Shown here piece by piece: positions 11,903 through 22,160 of a DNA stretch of 64,000 bases (position 1 is the first letter of the stretch; every line of letters begins with the position of its first letter). The stretch lies in assembly GCF_030028105.1 (NCBI RefSeq), contig NC_092379.1, positions 19,631,309 through 19,695,308 of the forward strand. The letters run 5' to 3'. The translations under genes were made by a program, and so were the position numbers. The notes under the pieces are model-generated. The model searched no databases. It saw only the letters and a program-made list of their open reading frames with translations, and was not told where the DNA came from. The stretch is from Mobula birostris (Eukaryota).

Positions 11903-12280
11903 CTTCTCGATGAGGCTTCACTCGCCTCAGCACGGAACTGACTCTGCGGCTGTGGTCTGCAGCCATCGGCACTCACCTCAGCACTGAGCCTGGCTCCACG
12001 GCCGTGGCCTGCAGCCATCGGTCTCCTGGACCCGTTGCAGTGCTGAACTGGCAACGTGGCTGTGGATTTACTTCAGGGGGCTCTGCGGTTCAGGTTCTGT
12101 AGATTGTTTGTTTGCATTTTTTTTATTGTTTGCACAATTTGTTTTTTTCACACATTGGATGGTTGACTCTGAATTCTATTGTATTTCTTTGTTTTGTGAC
12201 TGTCTGCAAGAAGAGAATCTCAAGGTTGTATATGGTGCACATACTTCGATAACAAATGTACTTTGTACTCTGAACTTTAA
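11903..12280 (+). mobile_element. Non-LTR retroposon 3' end (Rex1/L2-like), present in every CH4 downstream intron
   Basis: Ends aataaatgtactttgtac(t)ttgaacttt; copies near 2820-3200, 7180-7500 and 9540-9905; similar tail near 51505. Confidence 0.55.
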
Positions 12281-12389
12281 TAGTTCACTCACAAAACTAA
12301 ACCAGAACTACACCATGATTTAGTGTTTACTTTGAATTCATAGCACAATGTAAACAATTTGAATAATGGGATGCGTCCCAGGACCCTAC

Positions 12390-12707
12390 CTTGGACATTC
12401 TTCACTTGCTTCTTGATACGGGTGTTGGAGGGGGGATGAATCACTGTACAGCTGAAGACTGATTCTGTCTTCCATTCCTGTAAACTCACGGTCAGGAAGT
12501 GTCTGGCATTGAAAGTCCACCCCTGCTCCAGAGCGGTCGGTGTAGCCCTGGTGTTGGAGGTGATCACAGTGTTGCCTTTCTCCCAGATGACATTTATTTG
12601 GTCCGGGTAGAATCCAAAGATCACACACTCCAGCGTGGCCGTTTTCCTATTCTTGGTCTCTTCCTGTGATGGAGGCAGCAGAGTGACCTTGGGACTTTTT
12701 ATCTCGA
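12390..12707 (-). CDS. IgW: IgW CH4 exon, copy a
   Basis: 318 nt, cag|TC...G|gtaggg; VEIKSPKVTLLPPSQEE...CVIFGFYPDQ...PTALEQGWTF...CTVIHPPS; resembles IgW CH4 / IgNAR C3. Confidence 0.9.
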
Positions 12708-12794
12708 CTGGAATAGACAAGAAAAGAAAGGAAATGTCAACATTTTTGCCCAGGTCACGAATGCTGGCCACTTAACCGCTGGTCTCTTACCCAC

Positions 12795-13097
12795 CTTTGG
12801 TACTATTGGTGCGTGCTGACACTCGGGAAGATGAAGGAGATTCCTGAGCAGAGCACTCGTATTCCACCCCACTGAACCACTCCTCCACACTGATCTGGAG
12901 TTCACTGAGCACTCTGCATCGGGACCCGTCCCGCTCCGCTTGATGGGTGTGAACCCCTTTAGTTTTCTCCTTCCCGTCCACATGCCACGAGATGTGGATA
13001 TTTTCAGGATCTGTACAGATAACTGTGCACTTCACGGTAGCAGTCTTGTCGATCCACATCTCTTCAATATCGGGATTTTGAATAAAGACAGCCAATT
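12795..13097 (-). CDS. IgW: IgW CH3 exon, copy a
   Basis: 303 nt, cag|AA...G|gtgggt; ELAVFIQNPDIEEMWIDKTATVKC...EEWFSGVEYECSAQESPSSSRVSARTNSTK; resembles IgW CH3 / IgNAR C2. Confidence 0.9.
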
Positions 13098-13759
13098 CTG
13101 TGGATTAGAAATTGAAATGCTCAGAATCTTACTGGAGATATTTCCATTGGTTGTGTCAAGTCCAGGCAGATCATCAGTACAGGACAGCTGCATTTAATGC
13201 AAACAGGATAACAGAAACACCCGGGGCTGAGTCACGTGCCTCATATTCCTATAAGTTTGATTGAGACAAGAAATTCAGAACAAAGGATGTGCTAACGAGG
13301 TTTCGAATCCCTTTCTAATAACCGTACAAATCAGTTTACTGTGAGACAGAGCTGGGTGAGACAGAGAAGCATGCAGATTTCTCAGCAGAGACACAGCACA
13401 GTATATTCTTTGCTTGGAGACTCAGTGCCATTGATTAGTAACAGTGAACACTGTGAATCAATGAGAATCCCTTTCTCCATCTGGGCTGAGCCTGGGATTC
13501 ACTCAGTTTAATAACTTCACATCCCGACATTCCAGTCTCACTGTGGCTGTGCCTCTCCTCATCTCTGCAACCTTCACCACCCACACAAACTTCAGACAAC
13601 ATCGTATCCTTTCAACTCTGCTCACTCATACACCTGCACTACTTCTGCTGGTGCCTGTGGTTTTAGCATTCTTGCTGACAAACACTGAAGCCTCTGTCTC
13701 ACTTGAAATGAGCAGCCATGGTCAGAGTGTATCCATAAGTTAGGCACTGATGAACTGGC

Positions 13760-14040
13760 AAAGTGGGTTCAAATCCCAACCCGGTGGAAGGGAGTTTAAA
13801 TTCAATTCAGAAACGTTTTTTGGAATAAAAAGAAGACTACGGAGGTATTTGTAGTGTTATTCTCTGTGGTAATTTCTGGAGAGAAGTCTCATCTGGTCTG
13901 GCTGGTTTGTGACTCCAGACCTGCAGCAACACGGCTGGAGCTGAATCACCATCAGGAATGAGGCAGCAAGTCCCTCAGTTCCAGAGAGATCAGTGATTGA
14001 TGGGAAATGATAAATGAATAAAACAGCTCTTTGATCAACT
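13760..14040 (+). mobile_element. Degenerate chondrichthyan SINE
   Basis: gggttcaaatccc...tttaaattcaatt...gtgactccagacc..cagcaa motifs; opposite-strand relative at about 21520-21860. Confidence 0.5.
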
Positions 14041-15136
14041 GTTGGGTCACCTGTCCTTTGGGTTAGAGTCAGTTTTGTGTGATTACACTCAAGTGAAGTT
14101 GTTGAGGTCATCTCCCAATGCACTATCGTCAGTTCACTTACATTGCAGCTCCCTGCACTTTGTGTTCACCATTTACACACTCGGTCACCTTCAGGCCCGT
14201 GGGGTGTTTTTGCTCTTTGATATTTAGTGTGGAGGCTGATTGTGTTTGTGTCATGGCTGAGAACTTCAAGGAGATTCTTTGTCTGAAGAAAGAGCAGATG
14301 GTTCCACATGGTTCCAGTCTAACTGGGCCGGATCATCCAACAAGGTATGATGTGTATTTCTTAACCTTTCTGATTTCAGTAATATTATGAGCAAGTTTCT
14401 TTTAAAACAGAAAGTCCGTGGGTGTAGTCTAGATGATCATTGTTGTCATGTAATATCACAAATATGCAAATCTAGGTGTACACTGAAGGGTCACTGAATT
14501 GTGAATCTCAGTTTAATCAGCACTGTGATGTTGTTAAACATGTTTTCTGCAGGTTTCCCAGTATGTCCGATATCAGCACGGTCTTGATGTTCATCAGTCT
14601 CTGGGAAATGCGATCCCCTCATAAAACCTGACAGAGTCAGGATTGCTCTGCTTATTGCTGAATGCTGGTGTAATTCCACAAGAAGCATATAATTCCCTCA
14701 GTGCTTGGGCAATTTGAACAAAACATTCTCCTTTCTAACATTCCTTGCAGTCACTGAGTTTCCCTTTTGGACTGAATTCAGTGTCCGGCACATGGATCAA
14801 TGTAACTTTAGCAACTTGTCTGGTCCAGGATTTACACACAAAGCATGTCAGATTGGACAGGAGATTGGTTAGACCCCTGTGTCTTGTCTCACCAACTTGT
14901 CTTGTGCCCAATGTTATCAAAAGGTCATCCATCCTTTGGCTGAGTCAATTTGGAATTTCAAACCTGTTCACCTTCATCACCTCGTGCCTCACAGCCATTG
15001 GGTGAAAAACAGGTTCCAGTTCTTGCTGACTGGAGTCAGACAGGAGGGAATCTGGCCAAGGAAACTGGAATTGGGATCTGAGTCACAGTGGAGCAACAAT
15101 GTACACAAATGAATGAGTGTATGGACAACCAGAAAC

Positions 15137-15760
15137 ACAAGAGATTCTACGGATGCTGGAAATCTTGAACAACACACACAAAGTGCTGGAGGAACCTGGC
15201 AAGTCAGGCAGCATCTGTGGGGGGAAAAAACAGCCAATCTTTTGTGGCAAGTGGTTTCACCGGTACTGAAAGGAAGTGGGCAGAAGCCAGAATAAGAAGG
15301 TGGGTGGAGTAGAGAGGAATACATTCTGTCAGATGAGAGGTGAGACCAGGTGAGGGGGAAAGTGTGTGGATGGTGGAGGGGTATGAATTAAGAAGCTGGT
15401 CGGGGATAAGTGAAAGAGATAAATGGCTGAAGCAGAAGGAATCTGACAGGACAGTGGACCATGGAGGAAAGTGCAGGAGCAGGGGAACCAAATGGAGATG
15501 ATGGGCAGGTGAGGAGAAGTGAAGGAATGAGGGTGTATCTAGTATGGGAATTAGAAAAAATGGGAGAATAAAGGAGCGGGGTGGAAACTGCTGGAAGTTG
15601 CAGAAATAAGTATTCATGCCATCAGGTTGGCAGGTATCTGGATGGAATATGAGGTCCTGACTTTGGCCTCACCCTGGCAGTAGAGAAGGAAATGGACAGA
15701 CATATCAGAATGGGAATGGGAAGTCAAATTGAAATGTGGAGAGGAGAGATAGTCATTTTA
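15137..15760 (-). mobile_element. Penelope-like element 3' fragment (paralog of 1015-1680)
   Basis: Same gatgctggaaatc...gaggaac...gtcaggcagcatc terminal region and degenerate endonuclease end. Confidence 0.7.
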
Positions 15761-15851
15761 AATAACATATTTTCATCACTGTCTGTTAAACCTGTATCCC
15801 AATGGATACCAGAGACAGGTCAAGAATCCAGTAAATGGGTTGTAAAAGAAT

Positions 15852-15997
15852 TCATTGATGAATTGTATTCTTTATTTCACACTTTCCTGCTGAACAATGA
15901 TACTGTTGGGTAGAACCATCGGAAAATGTTGCATTGAGATTACTCTGGTAAAAGAACATTGGCACAGGCTCCAAAAAACAGCTGAGACAGCTTCCAC
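15852..15997 (-). CDS. IgW: IgW short-form Cys-rich secretory tail exon, copy Sec-a
   Basis: cttccatttccag|GT; G-GSCLSCFLEPVPMFFYQSNLNATFSDGSTQQYHCSAGKCEIKNTIHQ*; FSDGSTQQYxC..GKCEIK matches the IgW short secretory tail; absent from the ORF track. Confidence 0.88.
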
Positions 15998-16603
15998 CTG
16001 GAAATGGAAGATTCATAGATCTGTACATAACATCCTATTGGGATGGGGTTGTGTCAGCCATGATAAATGCATGTTGTCCCTGAACCTGGCTGAGGATCTG
16101 AGGACACAAGGTCACAACATTCACTCGAGGATTGGGCATTAATTCAAAAATAATCAAGGTACCTACATTTCAGTGAGTGGACAATCGACAAGAGAGTCTG
16201 TCAGGAAACACTGGAAACAGACTCTGGAGACTGAAGCAAATACAAAATATGCAGAGATATTTTTTGAGGAACTAACACTAGGCAGACAGTGAAAAGGGAA
16301 CAGGGAGATTTTCTCCAGATGGTAAAGCATGGGATGTGAGCTTTGCACAGTAACTTATTTTCATTATAACTACAAACAAAGACAACTAAAATTATTGAGA
16401 CAGAATGGTCAGGTGACCTGATCTTACACCTTTCCTGCTCAGTAGATGGGGTTAAAGCTGCTGGTGATATGAGTTGATTCAAAGTGCAAAGATCAGCTGT
16501 ACGTCACTCAACAAGATTGACAGTAGGGACAGGAATTTGTGGGAGATTCAGTTAATTAGTTTAGTACTGTAAGATAATAAATTTTTCTTCAGCCATCACT
16601 CAC

Positions 16604-16903
16604 CCTCTTGATACATCATGTTGACCTGACCACTGAAACCGGAAGGTGTGTGATTCACTTCACAAGTATATTTCAGTTTCTTGGTCCATTCCTGCACAGG
16701 CACTGTCAGGTAAGCGATTGTTTCAAATGTACCACCAGATCTCGGAGTGGAAGGGAGAATGATGCCTTTTTGGGCAGATCCAGCTTTTTTCCAGGATACT
16801 TTAATGTTGTCAGGAGAGAATCCAGATATCACACAGCCCAGGACAGCATTTGCTTGACTGTGGATTGCCTCCCGGGATGGAACAAGGGAGCTGAGCTTCG
16901 GAG
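16604..16903 (-). CDS. IgW: IgW CH2 exon
   Basis: 300 nt, gttacag|CT...G|gtgagt; PPKLSSLVPSREAIHSQANAVLGCVISGFSPDNIKVSWKKAG...YTCEVNHTPSGFSGQVNMMYQE. Confidence 0.93.
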
Positions 16904-17768
16904 CTGTAACACATTTAATATCTGTCAGTACATGATTGTTTTGCCCAAGTTTTGGACTTCATTCCCCCTCATCCCGGGCAAGTTCCCCAATTCCAGCCCT
17001 CTCAAGAATGTTGTTAATTTACAGCTGATCTGATGATCTGACAGCTCACACCAGTGAGTGGGAGGGCTGGGTGTATAACTTGGGCCTCCCAGCATTGTGT
17101 CCCACTGTGCTATGATAATGCGGAGAGGTGGGTCATGGGGTTGAGGTGCAGACCTGCCATGATCTAATTGTTTAATGGAGAATGACTGATACCAGCTCCT
17201 GTGAGCAGGAGTACATGGTGTGGGACTGTTTCCACTGACAAGTTTGGGAAACACAATTTTACTTTCAATGAGAAAGAAGAACAGATGGACAGGAAGAAAT
17301 TATTTTGTTGTAACGGCAAAGGCTTGTTCAGATCTGTGAGAAAGTTGTTAAACAAGGGCAGTAGAGTGGATTCCTTCATCACATTCACAAGGGATTGTTT
17401 TTACCAGAAGAGGGGGAAGCTGCAGGAGGAGTGGGGTAGTAAAGTTTAAATTGTTGTTCTGTGTGCAGGGGCATGATGGGCCAGCGGTCTCTGTATGTGT
17501 ACAGGAGCTGATCTATAGGGAGGGTTTAGTGGGAGGGGGTGGTGGAGAGGCTCCTGAAATTAGACAGTGGAGCGGATACAATGGAGGCAGATCCTGATAC
17601 TGAGTTTCACTGCCCATATTGACTTTTATACATTTTCTCACTGCTGTTGTAAGAGCAGAATAAAGGAGTTAGTTGCCATGCTCCTGCATTATCTGACAAA
17701 GCTTCCTACTCCAGATTTATGCTCTGACATCAGTGCAGCTTTCGATATAAATTAGTTCTGATACTAAC

Positions 17769-18068
17769 GTTGAGGTTGAGGTTTCTGCCACTGCGATGTC
17801 ACACTCCCTGCCTTGCAGGAGTAGACTTTATTCTTCTTCCAGTCTGCCGCAGAGATTTCGAGCAAGCTGCTCATCGTGTACTTTGAATTTTTCCCCAACA
17901 CTGCTGGGTATTTCTTGATTCCAGTGGTGATGACCCCACTGTTAGTGGACCATGTCTGACTGATGCTCTCAGGCTGATAGTCCTTGACCAGACAGAGGAG
18001 GCTGATCTTTTGGTCAGATTCTGTGTTGCAGGAAGGAGTGATGTAGACTGATGGTGCGGACTTGACCT
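17769..18068 (-). CDS. IgW: IgW CH1 exon
   Basis: 300 nt, tttccatttcag|AG...C|gttagt; [88 protein letters not shown]; IgW-type SQTWSTNSG motif and N-terminal Cys for light-chain bond. Confidence 0.93.
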
Positions 18069-21000
18069 CTGAAATGGAAAGAAATTCACAGATGGTTCTC
18101 TGAATAAATGCATTACTGGTAGAGAAAGGAGATGTTATATAAAGCAGTAATTTTCAAAATTATTCACCCGATTGTACAAAGCCGATATCACTTTTAACAC
18201 TCAGCTGTGAGTCTGTGTCGCTGAGGTAGGAGGGTGTGGATCAATCCCACAGTGGCAACTTGGACTCACAATCCAGGCCAACACTTCAGTGCAGGACTGA
18301 GGCAGTGACCCAATGTCCGATTGGTCGGATTTCAGTCAAAATACCAAAGTGACAATCTGTCTCTCATCCAAATACAATTCCTGATTCTGAGAAGTCTGTT
18401 AGCACTTGATCAATGAAGTTTACAAAAAAAGTAAGATTTAGAAGTATCTTATGGAATAATTCTGATGTGCTCAGTGTTGCTGTTGATGAGAGGAGTGATT
18501 GGTGTGGATATAGTGGTACCCAGTCTCCAGCACCATGTGTGCAATATAGTGGAGGTTGGGAAATGGACTCTGCTTCCGAAATTCAACTCAACAGACTACA
18601 TGATGCAGCTGACGCTGCCTCACATATTTACCGTGTGTGACTGAGCAAGAATTACAACCCCACTGAGTCTGTGGAAACTTCTGGCTAACCGGGAGACAAT
18701 GGTAACTTGCATCAGAAAGGACAGAGGAACTGTGGAAATACATTAGCCCAGACTCTGTGGAGAAGTGTTGGCCAACACAACCGACAGTGACTATGAGATT
18801 CCTGGGCAGATGCAGAAATCTCAAAATGTCATTAGATGTAGGTGATATTCTCAGTGAAAAACCAGCCCAGAGAGTCCAGTGAGGAAATGCAGGTTGTGGC
18901 AATTCCCAAACACTTAACATGCAAAATACACTTGAAAGCACTGGTTCCTAATTCATTTCACTAGAAAAGGAGAAGTGTTGACTTACCACGGTAAGTAAAA
19001 GTGTGAAGATCAATTAACTAATTGACTAATTGACAGCTTTGAGAGGTGGATATGTTGAGGGGATGTGGTTTGACCAGTTGTCAGAATTACCTTGAACAGT
19101 GTTGTGTCATGATTGACACTGTCAATGACAGATTGTTACTGGTGGATGAGGTTAAAATCACCCAAAAAGACTGTGTGGACACAGCAGAACATGCAGGAAC
19201 TCTGGGAGTAGGAGACTAGTGGGAGAGTATGTGTCAGACAGTGTGAATTGCAGTAGATGAGGGCTTTGTTATCCAACAGTAAGATGGTCAACAGACACAC
19301 ACACAGGTTTCAGATTGATTCTGGTATCCGCAGGGCAGCAAACTCAACATTTGGAGTGGAAGTGGAGTGGTGGGAAGGTCACAATTTCAATCAGGAGCAA
19401 AATAATGAAATTTTCACCTCACAGTCATCACTCTGGGATGAAGGGCATAAAATATTGAAATCTGGGTTTCAAACAGAATAAATATAAATCAATAAATATA
19501 ACAAGTAAATAGGAATCGATATAATGTAACTGGTCAGTAATAACAGCTGCATTGTTTCGAACCATTTCCAGGTGACACTGGGGACTGTGAACTCAGAACA
19601 TTTGCCTTCCTGAGCAAACACAGGTGATTCAGGTTGACAGGACAGGCAGAGCAGAGAAATGGTCCCTTTCTCATTCCTTTCAGACTGAGCCTGAAACAAC
19701 CAGTGAAATGCTGACAACAGAATCCCCATCGAGGACACAACTTCTGTCAAACAGTGGGGCAAGCTGACCTGAACTGTGGGTGAAGTGTCACAGGAGAGAA
19801 AGCACAGGGCACGGTGCCAACTGGCCCATGTCCACACAGACCGGGCTGAATGGTGCTGGTTCAAACCCGCTGGGACTCTCCCCACACTCCTACACAGGGA
19901 AAGCTGCAACCTTACTGGGCCTCTGGATTCTGAAGACTTGGGGTGAGATGTATCGAGGCCTCAGCATCAAGTAGCCTCAGACACAAAGTAAACCTGGGGT
20001 GGAGGCTGTCTTGTGTCAAAGCTGTCATGTAATTAACAGGTTTTAAACGTCTTGGAGACATTGAGGTAAATTTCTGTAGAACAGATAATTTCTTTTGTTT
20101 AAAATAATAAATCTATATGACATTTAAAGCACAGAAATAACTCGTAACTAATTACTTTCCCGACACACCCAGCTGAGAATCCTCAGTTATTTGAATGGGA
20201 GCTGTGATCTTTGCCAGGTCCGGCCTGTGAGGGAATTGTTGAGGTGGATTTCCCAGTGTTACCCTGGGGAGTCCAACAGGGTCTAGTACCATGTGTTAGA
20301 GTGTGGTAACAGCTCTGGAGGTATCCATCACTCAGTAAATCCTGGGGTACAGTGGTCTGTGGAACTGTGAGACTGACTCCAGGGTACGTGGCTGAACACT
20401 GGTGTTTCCCTTTGGAATTGCCAGCCACAGCCAGCACCATTTCACCCACACTATCCTCAGCCTCCCAGGTACACAGCAGCTCAGGAACGGGCTGGTCAGC
20501 TGAGGTCTGAGGACCCTCATTGCTCTTTATCGACGTTAATCCCTGAAAACAACGGAATTGCTAGATCAAAGACCTGGGACCATTTGGACGACCTACAACC
20601 AAATAGTGTCTGTCTATTCATCAACTGCACAATCAGGATTCAGATGAGGAGTTCCCAGTGGTGGGGAGCTTTAGGAATTGTAGGCTAAAAGTGACCATTC
20701 CCTTCCAACATCAACCAGACTAGATTGTCATGTTGTAGTTCAGTTTGTGGGAACAAGATGCAGACAAGTTGGATGTTTAGTCCCGCATATGAAGTGACAC
20801 ACTGCAGAAGTACTTGCTGGGTTCAGAAAGGCTCTGGGATGTTCTGGGGTTACAGAAGTCAAAGAAAAACACTTGTTTTCATCAAATTAAATTCAGTAAA
20901 ATAAAACCTGAAACAGCGTAGTTGCCAGAAATCAGACTGACAGGGTCTGGTGAAAGGTCACTGATGTGAAACATTAACTCTGTTTCTCACCCACAGATGT

Positions 21001-21165
21001 TCCCTGAGCTGCTCAGTGTCGGCAGTGCAGGAGGCACAATAATGTCAGTCGGTGAGATTTGCAGCTGAGGATCTTTTACATCCCAGGACCAGCAGGTGTT
21101 AAGTACAGTTCTGTCTGGATCAGTGTACCTCTGGGTCTTCATAAAAACACCCATCAAACTGACAG

Positions 21166-21372
21166 CAGGGTGCTGGGGTGAAGAGGGTAACTGGATCTGG
21201 GCGGGTCACAGGGTGCTGGGGTGAAGAGGGGAACTGGATCTGGGTGGGTCACAGGGTGCTGGGGTGAAAAGGGGAACTGGATCTGGGTGGGTCACAGGGT
21301 GCTGGGGTGAAGAGGGGAACTGGATCTGTGTGGGTCACAGGGTGCTGGGGTGAAGAGAGGAACTGGATCTGG
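21166..21372 (+). repeat. G-rich 43-bp minisatellite (~4.8 copies) in the J-CH1 intron
   Basis: Unit cacagggtgctggggtgaagaggggaactggatctgggtgggt; tgctgggg recurs at 21171 and 21214. Confidence 0.95.
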
Positions 21373-21899
21373 CTGGATCAGCTCTGAAGAAATTTGCAAT
21401 GAAATGACACGGGTATTTGTATAAAATGATTGATGTTGAATCAGTAGATTGGGGGATACTCGGTCTGATTTTAGTCTGTATTGTAGTAAGTGGATACAAC
21501 ATCGGGTAGTATGAACAACAGATGGGCAATTTTATTCATTCTTCTTTTGGGTCTGGGCTTTGCTGGTAAAGTCTGAATGAATTACACGTCTGAGCTCCTA
21601 TCCAGAGGCATTTGGAGACAAACACATTGATGGGTCAGGAGTCAAATAGGCTCAAAGTGTAAGGATGAGAGATCTCCTTCCCTGAGGGACATCAGTAAAA
21701 CTGAAGGGTCATCATTACTAATGACTGGATTTAAAAACAATACCAATTATTAAAATGTTGGAAATCTCACCACAGATCCAAATCTGTTGCAGATTATTAT
21801 GAATTGAGTTTAAATTTTTCGGTTTTGTTGTGGTGGTATCCGTGGACTGTTCATCCATCCCTCTGCACTACTCATCTGCTTTGATGTACTGCCCTGTTT

Positions 21900-22160
21900 C
21901 CCATCACTCCGAATCCAACCTTGTGCCTGTCCATTGGATCACTGTGTCCACAGTGTCCTGGACAATATTTCTCCTTCAATGACATCACCAGAACAGACTG
22001 TCTGATGGTTCTCACCTTGCAGTTTGTGGATTCTGCTGTGTGCAGAGTGGCTCCACATTCCTGACTCTACAACAGGACTGTATTTTGAAACTACTTCATT
22101 GCCTGTGAAGAGCTCGGGGACACCATGAAAGCTGCTCTGTAAATGTCAGCACTTTATCTC
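21900..22160 (+). mobile_element. DeuSINE / SacSINE1-like relic
   Basis: gcagtttgtggattctgctgtgtgc and acttcattgcctgtgaagagct...gctctgtaaatg resemble the Deu domain and 3' tail; 5'-part relics near 18200-18400 and 34780-34880. Confidence 0.5.

Larger units (their letters stand above)
3311..13235 (-). repeat. Tandem array of ~2.4-kb CH3-CH4-(pseudo CH5) units, four copies
   Basis: CH3 starts at 13097, 10722, 8320, 4019; periods 2375, 2402 and 4301 (the last includes the ~1.95-kb RTE); introns are homologous too. Confidence 0.95.

Noticed and set aside
13098-13140. Apparent donor ctcca|gtaag just upstream of each CH3, which could close the CH5 relics
   Set aside because: The intron would be only about 35-40 nt, and the motif is also present upstream of CH3a, where no relic exists
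3258-13197. Overlapping plus-strand and alternative-frame ORFs across the CH3/CH4 exons (for example MSGTESPPLL..., MFDNSFSFLL...)
   Set aside because: Antisense or shifted-frame shadows of the Ig exons, repeated only because the exons are repeated
14464-14471. Perfect octamer ATGCAAAT
   Set aside because: A single site in the Sec-CH3 intron, mutated in the paralog (about 342, ATGCAAAC); expected by chance in 64 kb
13235-15850. Search for a transmembrane exon after Sec-a or elsewhere
   Set aside because: No hydrophobic segment with the conserved antigen-receptor TM pattern and a minus-strand acceptor was found
16596-16603. Read-through of the CH2 donor (YQEGE*) as a secretory tail
   Set aside because: gtgagt is a consensus donor and a proper tail exon lies 600 bp downstream
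3311-18068. Calling the locus IgNAR or IgM
   Set aside because: CH3/CH4 resemble IgNAR C2/C3, but the V is a conventional VH with WGxG J, CH1 has the light-chain Cys and IgW motifs, and the Cys-rich tail is IgW-type
19660-19770. Strong + strand acceptor (tccctttctcattcctttcag) with a short Thr/Glu-rich frame; also the 146-aa minus-strand ORF 19469-19909
   Set aside because: No recognisable domain, partner exon or donor; cannot be supported without transcripts
21940-21956. CACTGTG-TC-CACAGTG, resembling a tiny D segment or a signal joint
   Set aside because: No nonamer at 12 or 23 spacing on either side; it lies at the edge of a SINE relic and downstream of J
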